Source of the DNA: an uncultured Actinomycetota bacterium
GTDB taxonomy: Bacteria; Actinomycetota; Actinomycetes; Streptosporangiales; Streptosporangiaceae
Assembly: GCA_963729365.1 (NCBI GenBank)
Contig: CAVSNQ010000008.1
Span: forward strand, 66,632-130,631
Direction: 5' to 3'
DNA: 64,000 nucleotides
The notes beneath the pieces were generated by a model, which did not search any database, was not told the DNA's origin, and saw only the letters and a program-made list of their open reading frames with translations. The translations under genes were made by a program, and so were the position numbers. Positions within the stretch are counted from its first letter, which is position 1. Every line of letters starts with the position of its first letter. Below are positions 26,954 through 35,491 of the stretch, one piece after another.

Positions 26954-29740
26954 TCAGAGAATACTTCGCCGCGCCGCGTTCCGCCGGACGTACACCGACC
27001 TGGCCGCCGTAATGGCCAGGCCGTAGCCGGCCAGTACGACCGCGAGCAGCGGATAGTAGATGGCGGGCAGCGGCTGCAGCCCCAGCGCGGCACCGACCGG
27101 GGTGAGCGGGAGGCCGAGGCCGAGCAGCGCGAGCGCGAGCGTGGCCAGCAGCACCGGCCGGGCCGCGTGGTGCCGCGGTGACGGCAGCCAGCGGCTGCGC
27201 AGCAGGTGGACGGCGACCGCCTGGCTCAGCAGGTTCTCCGTAAACCAGCCGGTACGGAAGAGCGCCCGGCCGGCCGGGCTGGCCTGGCCTCGCATGATCC
27301 ACCATAGGAACCCGAACATGGCCAGGTCGGCCACCGCGTTGACCGGTCCGAGCCAGGTGATGAACCCGGCCAGGTCGCGGCGGTCGAAGGTGCGCGGCCG
27401 GTTCAGGGACGGCTCATCGACAGCATCGAAGGCCAGCGACAGCTGTGACACGTCGAAGCACAGGTTCTGGGCCAGAACCTGCAACGGCAGCATCGGCAGG
27501 AACGGCAGCGCGGCGCTCGCCGCCAGCATCGACAGCACGTTGCCGAAGTTGGACGAGATCGTGATCTTGAGATACTTGACCACGTTGCCGAAGCTCCGCC
27601 GCCCCTCGACGATGGCCTGCCCGAGCATCGTCAGGTCCTTCCTGAGCAAGATGACGTCGGCGCACTCCCGGGCCGCGGCCGTGGCGCCGGCCACGGAGAT
27701 CCCGACATCGGCCTCGCGGAGCGCCGCCACGTCGTTGGCGCCGTCGCCCAGGAACCCGACGGTGTGCCCGGCCGACCGGAGCACGCGGACGAGCCGCGCC
27801 TTCTGCGCGGGATCGACCCGGGCGAAGACCGTCCCGGTCTCGGCCACCGCGGCCAGCGTCGCGTCATCCAGGCGCGCGATGTCCTCGCCGATCACCACCT
27901 GCCGGGCGCTGATGCCGACATCCCGGGCGACCCGCGCCGCGACCAGCGGGTGGTCGCCCGTGATGAGCTTGATGGCCACGCCGCGGGCGGCCAGATCGGC
28001 CACGGCCAGGGGCGCGGACTTCCTGGGCCGGTCACGGAAGCCCGCTAATCCGATCAGCGTCAGGCCGACCTCGTCGGCCGGCCGGTAGCGGCCAGGCTTA
28101 GCGGGCCGGGTCGCGACGGCCACGGCGAGGACGCGCACGCCGTCGCGAGCCAGGCCGTCGGCCAGCGCGGCGGCTCCGGCCCGCCCGGCCCGGGCGAGGG
28201 GGACATCCCGGCCGGCCCAGCGAACGCGGCTGCAGCAGCTCAGCACCTCGGCCGGCGCGCCCTTGGTGATCAGCGTGTGCTGGCCGAGGACGCCGACCGT
28301 GCGGGTAACGGCGGTGACCCGGCGGCGTCGGAAGTCGAACGGGATGACGTCGACCGTGGCCATGCGCTCGTCGGCGGTCAGGCCACGGCCTGCGCCGCAG
28401 GTGAGCAGCGCCTGGTCGAGGACGTCGGCGACCGCCCCGTCCGCGGCGGCCGCACAAAGGTAACTGTTCAGCCAGGCCCACCGCAGCACCTCAGGATCGG
28501 TTCGCCCGGCCAGGTCGAGATGGCAGTCCAGCGACACCTGGTCCTCGGTCAGGGTGCCGGTCTTGTCGGTGCACAGGACGTCCATCGCGCCGAGGTTGTG
28601 CACGGCCGGCAGCCGCTTGACGATCGCGGCCTTCCTGGCCACGACCGCGGCCGCCCGGGCCAGCGCGCTCGTCACCACCACCGGGAGCATTTCGGGTGTG
28701 AGGCCGACCGCGACGGCCACGGCGAACAGGAGCGCCTCGAGCAGATGCCCCCGGATCGACGCGTTGACGGCGAGCACCACGGGCACGCAGACCAGCATGA
28801 GGAAGATCAGCATCCAGGTCACGTCGCGCACGCCGCGGTCAAACGCGGTCTCGGCGCTGGCGCGCGGCAGCTCGCGGTGAGTCGAGCCGAGATAAGTCGA
28901 CATCCCGGTGGCGACCACGACCGCGGTACCCGAGCCGCTCACCACGCTGGTGCCCATGAAGCACAGGGCGCGGGAGTCGAATATCGAGGCGTCATCGCCG
29001 TCCGGCTGCTGCGCCGGGGCGTCGTACGAGCCGCCGGTGATCACCGAGGCCGCGCGCTTGGCCGCGGGCTCTGACTCGCCCGTGACCACCGCCTGGCTCA
29101 CGACCAGGTCGTCCGACCGCAGCAGGCGCAGGTCAGCGGGCACCACGTCGCCCGCGGCGACCTGGACCACGTCCCCGGGCACGAGCTGATCGACGGGTAC
29201 CTCGCGGGCCACCGCAGGGGACCCGGGGGACGCGCGCCTGACGACAGTGGCCGTCGTGGCCACCATGGCCCGCAGGGCCGCGGCGGCCCGGTCCGACCGG
29301 CCCTCCTGCCTGACCCGCAGCAGGCAGCTGATCGCGGCCATCGCGGTGATCACGGCCGCGCCGCCGACGTCGCCGGTGGCCGCCGACACCACGGTCAGGC
29401 AGATCAGGATCACGACGAACGGGTTGCGGGTCGCGGCCAGCGCCCGGGTCCCCCAGCTCGGCGGGCGGCCGGCCGCGATGACGTTGTCGCCGAACCGGGC
29501 CAGCCGGACCTGGGCCTCGGTCTCGTCGAGACCGAGGCGGGTGGAGTCCAGCCTGCGCAGCACCTGCAGCGGTGATGCCGCCGCGCAGGAAGCCAGGCTG
29601 CCGCGCGCCGCCGTGGTCCAGGGCGCAGGCCGCGACGGGACACGCTCGTGCCCGTCGACCTGGTCGGGAAGCAGGTCAGGCGCCCAGGCCACCACGCCGC
29701 TCCCGGTCGGCAGGCGTCTGGAGTAGTTGCTCGACGGCAA
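26954..29740 (-). CDS. mgtA: magnesium-translocating P-type ATPase (MgtA type)
   Basis: ORF 26954..29740(-): TGESEP, LTPEMLPVV (TM4 PEMLP as in MgtA), CTDKTGTLTED, KLITGDHP, GFLGDGANDVAAL. Start uncertain: GTG at 29696/29693 are alternatives to 29740, and all overlap the arsR 3' end. Confidence 0.9.
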   Translation of the reverse strand: MPSSNYSRRLPTGSGVVAWAPDLLPDQVDGHERVPSRPAPWTTAARGSLASCAAASPLQVLRRLDSTRLGLDETEAQVRLARFGDNVIAAGRPPSWGTRALAATRNPFVVILICLTVVSAATGDVGGAAVITAMAAISCLLRVRQEGRSDRAAAALRAMVATTATVVRRASPGSPAVAREVPVDQLVPGDVVQVAAGDVVPADLRLLRSDDLVVSQAVVTGESEPAAKRAASVITGGSYDAPAQQPDGDDASIFDSRALCFMGTSVVSGSGTAVVVATGMSTYLGSTHRELPRASAETAFDRGVRDVTWMLIFLMLVCVPVVLAVNASIRGHLLEALLFAVAVAVGLTPEMLPVVVTSALARAAAVVARKAAIVKRLPAVHNLGAMDVLCTDKTGTLTEDQVSLDCHLDLAGRTDPEVLRWAWLNSYLCAAAADGAVADVLDQALLTCGAGRGLTADERMATVDVIPFDFRRRRVTAVTRTVGVLGQHTLITKGAPAEVLSCCSRVRWAGRDVPLARAGRAGAAALADGLARDGVRVLAVAVATRPAKPGRYRPADEVGLTLIGLAGFRDRPRKSAPLAVADLAARGVAIKLITGDHPLVAARVARDVGISARQVVIGEDIARLDDATLAAVAETGTVFARVDPAQKARLVRVLRSAGHTVGFLGDGANDVAALREADVGISVAGATAAARECADVILLRKDLTMLGQAIVEGRRSFGNVVKYLKITISSNFGNVLSMLAASAALPFLPMLPLQVLAQNLCFDVSQLSLAFDAVDEPSLNRPRTFDRRDLAGFITWLGPVNAVADLAMFGFLWWIMRGQASPAGRALFRTGWFTENLLSQAVAVHLLRSRWLPSPRHHAARPVLLATLALALLGLGLPLTPVGAALGLQPLPAIYYPLLAVVLAGYGLAITAARSVYVRRNAARRSIL

Positions 29741-30017
29741 GCTTCACGATCATGACCAGGTGCGGATCCTCGACCAGGTAGACCTGGCGCCGGCCTTCCC
29801 GGCGCGACCGCACCAGGCCCGCCAGCTTCAGCTTGGCCAGGTGCTGGCTCACGGCTTGCAGCGTCCCGCCCACGGCGTCGGCCAGGCCGCCCACGTCCGT
29901 CTCGCCGTGCGCGAGCGTCCAGACGATGTGCAGCCGCATCGTGGACGCCAGCAGCCCGAACCGAGCCGCGGCGAGCTGCAGCAACTCCGGAGACAGATCA
30001 GCGTCGCTGTGCGTCAC
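29676..30017 (-). CDS. ArsR/SmtB-family metalloregulator
   Basis: ORF 29676..30017(-): FGLLASTMRLHIVWTLAHGETDVGGLADAVGGTLQAVSQHLAKLKLAGLVRSRREGRRQVYLV. GTG start preceded by GGGAGG. Confidence 0.85.
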   Translation of the reverse strand: MTHSDADLSPELLQLAAARFGLLASTMRLHIVWTLAHGETDVGGLADAVGGTLQAVSQHLAKLKLAGLVRSRREGRRQVYLVEDPHLVMIVKLAVEQLLQTPADRERRGGLGA

Positions 30018-30368
30018 CGGCTGAGCACCTCCCGCGATTCGTCAGTTTGCGCAACCACGCAATCCGGCCAGTCAACCAGGACCACGGTCCCGGCGGCGGC
30101 CGGTCGGTCATAGGGCGCCGGGGATGCCGAGCTGCGGCGGCTGCTGGAATCCGATGCCATGGACCGTGAGCAGGCATAGTTTCTGTGTGACGGTCATGAC
30201 GCGCTCCTCGCGCTCGGCAGGCCCCCCGGAAAGCCTGGCTCCGGACCGGCCGAGATGTTGCCCCCGTTACTGCGCTGCTACATCCTCTCCAGAGGGGTGC
30301 GGGCTGTCCACCGATACGCGAGGGCCAGGTATTCGGCCGGGCCGTGGCCTGCGCACCAGGAGGCAGCC

Positions 30369-31598
30369 GTGAGCGTCCTGATCACTAACATCGGCGAACT
30401 CGTCACCAACGGGCCGGAACGCGACGCCGACGTCCACCCCGGTCGCGCCGGGCCCGAGGGGCCCGGGCGGTTCGCGGCCGTCTACGGTGCCGCTCTGGTG
30501 ATGGACGAGGGGCGGGTGGCCTGGACCGGGCCGGCGTCGCGGGCGCCCGCGACGGACCAGATGATCGACGCGGAGGGGCGGGCCGTGCTCCCCGGGTTCG
30601 TCGACTCCCATGCGCATCTGGTCTTCGCCGGTGAGCGGGGCGCGGAGTTCGCGGCCCGGATGGCCGGGCAGCCCTACCGGGCGGGCGGCATCCGCAGCAC
30701 GGTCGCGGCGACCAGGAACGCCACCGATGACCAGCTCAGGGCCAACCTGCGGAGGCTGGCCGCGGAGATGCTGGCCCAGGGGATCACCACGTTCGAGTGC
30801 AAGTCCGGGTACGGGCTCACGGTTCCGGACGAGGCGCGCAGCGTCTCGATCGCCGCCGAGTTCACGCCCGAGGTGACCTACCTGGGCGCGCATGTTGTCC
30901 CGCCGGAGTTCGAGCCGGACCCGGGCGGTTACGTCGACCTCGTCTGCGGCCCGATGCTGGACGCCTGCGCCCCGCACGCCAGGTGGGTGGACGTGTTCTG
31001 CGAGCAGGGGGCCTTCGGCCGGGACGAGGCCGCGGCGGTGCTGGCGGCGGGGATCGCCGCTGGGCTGGAACCAAGGGTGCACGCCAACCAGCTCACCGCG
31101 GGGCCCGGGGTGCAGCTCGCGGTCCAGGTCGGTGCCGCTTCCGCCGATCACTGCAGCAACCTGACCGACGCCGACGTCGACGCGCTCGCCTCCTCGCCGA
31201 CCGTGGCCACCCTGCTGCCCGGAGTGGAGTTCTCGACCCGGCATCCCTACCCGGACGCGCGCAGGCTGCTGGACGCGGGCGCGACCGTCGCGCTGGCCAC
31301 CGACTGCAACCCGGGCTCCTGCTTCAGCTCGAGCATGCCGCTGTGCATCGCGCTGGCCGTGCGGGAGATGCACATGACCACGCAGGAGGCCGTGTGGGCG
31401 GCCACGGCGGGCGGAGCCCGCGCGCTGCGCCGGACCGACGTCGGCCACCTGGGCACCGGGGCGCGCGCCGACCTGGTCATGATCGACGGGCCATCGCACG
31501 CGTATCTGGCCTACCGGCCCGGCGTCCCGCTCGTTGCCGGCGTGTGGCGAGCTGGCGAGCAGGTGGCGGGGGCAGCCCTAGCCGCACCCGGTGACTGA
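30369..31598 (+). CDS. hutI: imidazolonepropionase
   Basis: ORF 30255..31598, GTG 30369 after CAGGAGG: [56 protein letters not shown]. Confidence 0.9.
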   Translation: MSVLITNIGELVTNGPERDADVHPGRAGPEGPGRFAAVYGAALVMDEGRVAWTGPASRAPATDQMIDAEGRAVLPGFVDSHAHLVFAGERGAEFAARMAGQPYRAGGIRSTVAATRNATDDQLRANLRRLAAEMLAQGITTFECKSGYGLTVPDEARSVSIAAEFTPEVTYLGAHVVPPEFEPDPGGYVDLVCGPMLDACAPHARWVDVFCEQGAFGRDEAAAVLAAGIAAGLEPRVHANQLTAGPGVQLAVQVGAASADHCSNLTDADVDALASSPTVATLLPGVEFSTRHPYPDARRLLDAGATVALATDCNPGSCFSSSMPLCIALAVREMHMTTQEAVWAATAGGARALRRTDVGHLGTGARADLVMIDGPSHAYLAYRPGVPLVAGVWRAGEQVAGAALAAPGD

Positions 31599-31646
31599 TA
31601 GGGGTCACTTCGTTACTCTGCGTACTGTATGAGGTAGCGTGCCGGC

Positions 31647-32198
31647 ATGAGTACTCCGAGCGGGCCCGTCCGCGAGCTGACGATCGAGCTCGGGGAGGCC
31701 GACGAGCTGTTCGTGGCCCGCGGGCCCGACGTGGCGTCCGGGCGGCCGGCTCTGCCGCCTGGCATCGAGCAGATCCGCGACGAGCTGGGCTCGCACTCGC
31801 GGCGGGCGGCGGTCGCCGCGGTCATCGTGCTGCCGCGCGCCGAGATAAGGCCCGACCTGGCCCGTGACGTCACCCGGGCCATAGAGCGCTACTGCGAGAT
31901 CGGGATCCGGCGGGCCGACAACGAACTGCGGGTCATGGGCCGCGAGGGCATCCGGGCGCTCGTGATCGGGCTCATCCTGTTCGCTGTCTTCGTCAGCCTT
32001 TCCGAATCCGTCCTCGAGAGCCAGTTCTCCAATAGCGTCAAGGCCTTCTTCGGCGACGGGCTGTTCCTGGTCGTGGCCTGGATCGGCCTGTGGTACCCGA
32101 TCGACACGCTGGTCTACAGCCTGCGGCCGTACCGCAGGGAGAAGAAGGTGCTCCGGCAGATGCGCGCGATGGAGATCGTGGTCCGCGCGGCGGACTGA
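31647..32198 (+). CDS. hypothetical membrane protein
   Basis: ORF 31647..32198. Soluble N-terminal half, then two hydrophobic helices (ALVIGLILFAVFVSL, GLFLVVAWIGLWYPI). GC-rich third positions. No family recognised. Confidence 0.5.
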   Translation: MSTPSGPVRELTIELGEADELFVARGPDVASGRPALPPGIEQIRDELGSHSRRAAVAAVIVLPRAEIRPDLARDVTRAIERYCEIGIRRADNELRVMGREGIRALVIGLILFAVFVSLSESVLESQFSNSVKAFFGDGLFLVVAWIGLWYPIDTLVYSLRPYRREKKVLRQMRAMEIVVRAAD

Positions 32199-32244
32199 GC
32201 CGCGGGTCGCGGGGGTGGGCGCGGGCTGTGGGGACGCCGGCGGG

Positions 32245-32844
32245 TCAGGCGGGGGCGAGCGGCGGGTACTTGCCGCGGAACCTGATCAGCGGCTGGCCGT
32301 CTTCGGCCAGGTACGGGACGTCCAGCACGCGGGCGATCACCAGCAGGTGATCGCCCGCCTCGATCCGCTGGGTCGCCTCGCACTCCAGGGCGGCGAGGCC
32401 GCCGTCCGGGATCAGCGCGCCGGACAGCGTCCCGCGCTGGTGCGGCACCCCGTCGAGCAGCAGCCGCGCGCTCGGCCGGCCGGACGCGGCGAACCGGCCG
32501 GCCAGCACCCGCTGGTCCGCGGCCAGCACGGTCACCGCGAACCTATCCAGCCCGCCGAGCAGCTCGGCCGGGTAGGAGCTCGCCGTCAGCGAGACCAGCA
32601 CCAGCGGCGGATCGGCCGACACCGGGCAGAACGCGGTGACCGTGGTTCCGACATCGTCCCGGCCGTCGGCCACGGTGACCAGGGTGACCCCGGACGCGAA
32701 CGCCGTCGCCGCGCTCGCGGTGGCGTGGGTTGGCTGGGCCGGGACTATGCGTTCGGTCAATCGAATGTCCAGCTGCCCTGAAGGGTCAGCGGGCCGTAGG
32801 GTGACAGGCCGGCCTGGGTGGCCAGCCGCCAGACGGGTCCCCAC
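32245..32844 (-). CDS. flavin reductase-like (FMN-binding split-barrel) protein
   Basis: ORF 32245..32844(-): GVTLVTVADGRDDVGTTVTAFCPVSADPPLVLVSL...RFAVTVLAADQ...AALECEATQRIEAGDHLLVIARV. The start is uncertain: TTG 32769 would avoid an 88-nt overlap with sppA. Confidence 0.7.
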   Translation of the reverse strand: MGTRLAAGHPGRPVTLRPADPSGQLDIRLTERIVPAQPTHATASAATAFASGVTLVTVADGRDDVGTTVTAFCPVSADPPLVLVSLTASSYPAELLGGLDRFAVTVLAADQRVLAGRFAASGRPSARLLLDGVPHQRGTLSGALIPDGGLAALECEATQRIEAGDHLLVIARVLDVPYLAEDGQPLIRFRGKYPPLAPA

Positions 32845-34469
32845 GCCTCGGCGAGCAGCGAGGCGCCGGGCACCAGGGCCGCCTGGCGCGAGTCGCCGGA
32901 TCCCGGCCGCAGCCGGTCAAGCGGCGAGTTCCGCGGGTAGACGCGCAGCGGCGCGGTCGCGGGCAGGCCCGCGCGGCGGCGTGCGATCGCCGCCGCCCGG
33001 TCCAGGCCGCCCAGCTCGTCCACCAGCCCGTTGGACAGCGCGTCCGCGCCGGTCCACACGCGTCCCCGGGCCAGGTCGTGCACCCGGTCGGCCGGCATCC
33101 GGCGGCCCTCGGCGACCTTGCCGGTGAAGTCGGCGTAGATGTGATCCAGCCAGTCATTGACCAGCGCCCACTCGTCCTCGGTGAACGGGCGGGTGGTCTT
33201 GAACATCTCCGAGTGCGCGCCCTCGGCGACCGAGTCCGTGGTCACCCCGGCCCGGCCGAGCAGCTGGCCGAGCACGGGCTTGCCGGACAGCACGCCGATC
33301 GAGCCGGTCACCGTGCCGGCCTGGGCCACGATCGCGTCCGCGGCCATCGCGATGAAGTAGCCGCCCGAGGCGGCGACGTCGCCCATGGACACGACCACCG
33401 GCTTGCCCGCGTTGCGGGCCCGCACCACCTCGCGCCAGATGGTGTCGGAGGCGACGTAGGAGCCGCCCGGGCTGTTGACCCGCAGCACGATCGCGCGCGC
33501 GGCGTCGTCGGCGGCGGCCGCCCGCAGCGCCGCGCTGATCGTGTCCGAGCCCATCGCGCCGCCGGACAGCGGGCCGCGGCCGCTGCGCCCGCGCCGGATC
33601 GGGCCGGTCGCGTAGACCAGCGCGACGTGCCGGCGCGGCCGGTTCGGCAGGCTGCGCGCCCGCTCGGCGAAGGCGCGCGAGCGCTGGTAACGGCCCAGGT
33701 GCAGCAGGACCGCGTCCTGGCCGGCCTGCTTCCTGACCCGGGCGTACACCTCGTCCCGGTAGCCGAGCTCGTCGACCAGTCCCGCCTTGTGCGCCTGGGC
33801 GGCCAGGAACGGGCCCCGGTCGATCAGCTCCCTGACCTTGACCGGGTCGAGCCGGCGGCGCTCGGCGATCGCGTCGGTGAGCTGGCCGGTGACCGACACG
33901 GCCAGGCGCTCGGTGGCCTCGCGGGCCTGCCCGGAGAAGCCGCGGTCGGTGAGCTGCTCGGCCGCGCTCTTGTACTCGTGCCGCTTCGCGACCTGGAAGT
34001 CGACGCCGAGCAGGTCCAGGGTGCCGCGCAGGAAGAACCGCTCCATCGCGATCCCGGTCAGCCCCAGGTCGCCCGATGGCTGCAGGTAGATCGTGTCGAA
34101 CGCGGTGGCCAGGTAGTACGGCACGTTGCCGGCCGAGAACTCGCCGAAGCTTTCCGACCACGCGACCGTCAGCTTGCCGGCGTCGCGGAACTCCTCGACC
34201 GCGCGCCTGATCTCCTGGACCGTGGCCAGCCCGATCGGCCGTCCGCCGACCTTGGCCACCAGCGCCCTGACCCGCTGGTCGCTGCGGGCCCGGCGCAGTG
34301 CGTCCAGCAGGTCGGCCAGCCTCGGCCTGCGCATGGTCAGCACGGCGGACAGCGGGTCGGCCGGCGGCTCCTCGGCGACGCCCTCGGTCAGGTCAAGCTC
34401 CAGGATCAGCGGCGCCGTGCGCTGCCGGCGCAATCTGGCCAGCTGCTCGGCAATCATTGGCTGCGGCAT
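32757..34469 (-). CDS. sppA: signal peptide peptidase SppA, 67K type (two S49 domains)
   Basis: ORF 32757..34469(-). Duplicated ClpP/crotonase-like S49 modules, the second with VVSMGDVAASGGYFIAMAAD...GSIGV. Confidence 0.9.
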   Translation of the reverse strand: MPQPMIAEQLARLRRQRTAPLILELDLTEGVAEEPPADPLSAVLTMRRPRLADLLDALRRARSDQRVRALVAKVGGRPIGLATVQEIRRAVEEFRDAGKLTVAWSESFGEFSAGNVPYYLATAFDTIYLQPSGDLGLTGIAMERFFLRGTLDLLGVDFQVAKRHEYKSAAEQLTDRGFSGQAREATERLAVSVTGQLTDAIAERRRLDPVKVRELIDRGPFLAAQAHKAGLVDELGYRDEVYARVRKQAGQDAVLLHLGRYQRSRAFAERARSLPNRPRRHVALVYATGPIRRGRSGRGPLSGGAMGSDTISAALRAAAADDAARAIVLRVNSPGGSYVASDTIWREVVRARNAGKPVVVSMGDVAASGGYFIAMAADAIVAQAGTVTGSIGVLSGKPVLGQLLGRAGVTTDSVAEGAHSEMFKTTRPFTEDEWALVNDWLDHIYADFTGKVAEGRRMPADRVHDLARGRVWTGADALSNGLVDELGGLDRAAAIARRRAGLPATAPLRVYPRNSPLDRLRPGSGDSRQAALVPGASLLAEAWGPVWRLATQAGLSPYGPLTLQGSWTFD

Positions 34470-34533
34470 GCGCTCAGCCTATGCGGCACCGGTTCTGCCG
34501 CCTGGCGTGGGCGCGTGGGCTATCGTCGGCGCG

Positions 34534-35460
34534 ATGGTCAATCGGGACGGGAACGGCTGGACTGCCTGCGGCCAGGGACACCGGCACTGGGGCCGGTTCG
34601 GCGCGGCCGGGCTGCTGGCCTTCGCCCCCGACCACGGCGAGACCCGCGTGCTGCTGCAGTGCCGGAGCTGGTGGGGTAACCACGGCGGCACCTGGGGACC
34701 GCCGGGCGGAGCGCGCGACAGCCATGAGTCCGCCGTGGCCGCCGCGCTGCGTGAGGCCAGGGAGGAGTGCGCGCTACCGGCCGACGCCGTGAGCGTGCTC
34801 GGGATCCTCCGCGACGATCACGGCGGCTGGTCCTACCAGACGGTGATCGCGGCCGCGCCGCGGCCGTTCCCCGTGCGCGCGGTGAGCAGCGAGACCAGCC
34901 AGGTGGCCTGGGTGGCGACCAGCGATGTCGCGGCCCTGGACCTGCATCCGGGCTTCGCTGAGCAGTGGCCGGTGCTGCGGGAGGCGCTGCAGCCGCTGAC
35001 GATCGTCGTCGATGCGGCCAACGTGATGGGCTCGCGGCCCGATGGCTGGTGGCGTGACCGGGCCGGGGCCGCGCGGCGGCTCCGCGATCAGCTGGCCGGG
35101 CTGGCCGCCGAGGGCGTGGCCGCGCTGCCCGAATCGATGCGGGCGCCCGTGCTGGAGCGGTGGTTTCCCGGCTTCGTTCTGGTGGTCGAAGGGGCGGCGC
35201 GCTCGGTGGCGGCCACCCATGCGGCCGGGTCGCCGGGCAGCGACCGGTCCAGCGCGCCCGGCCGCCGTGAGCCGGGCTCCGACGGCGGGCGGGTCCGGGT
35301 CGTGGCCGCTCCTGGCTCGGGCGACGACACCATCGCCGAGTTCGCCCGGGACTTGGAGGGCCGCCGCCTGGTCGTGACCGCCGACCGGCAGCTCCGCGAG
35401 CGGTGCGTGGCCGCCGGGGCGTCGGTGACCGGCCCCAGCTGGCTGCTCGCCCAGCTCTGA
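34534..35460 (+). CDS. NUDIX hydrolase fused to a YacP/Rae1-like NYN (PIN-like) domain
   Basis: Inner part of ORF 34126..35460, from ATG 34534. NUDIX box: GGARDSHESAVAAALREAREECAL. C-terminal half: LTIVVDAANVMGSRPDGWW...VLVVEGAAR...VVAAPGSGDDTIAEF...LVVTADRQLRERCVAAGA. Confidence 0.7.
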   Translation: MVNRDGNGWTACGQGHRHWGRFGAAGLLAFAPDHGETRVLLQCRSWWGNHGGTWGPPGGARDSHESAVAAALREAREECALPADAVSVLGILRDDHGGWSYQTVIAAAPRPFPVRAVSSETSQVAWVATSDVAALDLHPGFAEQWPVLREALQPLTIVVDAANVMGSRPDGWWRDRAGAARRLRDQLAGLAAEGVAALPESMRAPVLERWFPGFVLVVEGAARSVAATHAAGSPGSDRSSAPGRREPGSDGGRVRVVAAPGSGDDTIAEFARDLEGRRLVVTADRQLRERCVAAGASVTGPSWLLAQL

Positions 35461-35491
35461 CGGTCCCCCGGCCCGGTGTAGCGTCGGGATC

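Noticed and set aside
30018-30107. M-box or mgtA-type Mg leader upstream of arsR-mgtA.
   Set aside because: The leader is short, and an ArsR gene sits between the promoter and mgtA. No M-box-like conserved blocks were recognised.
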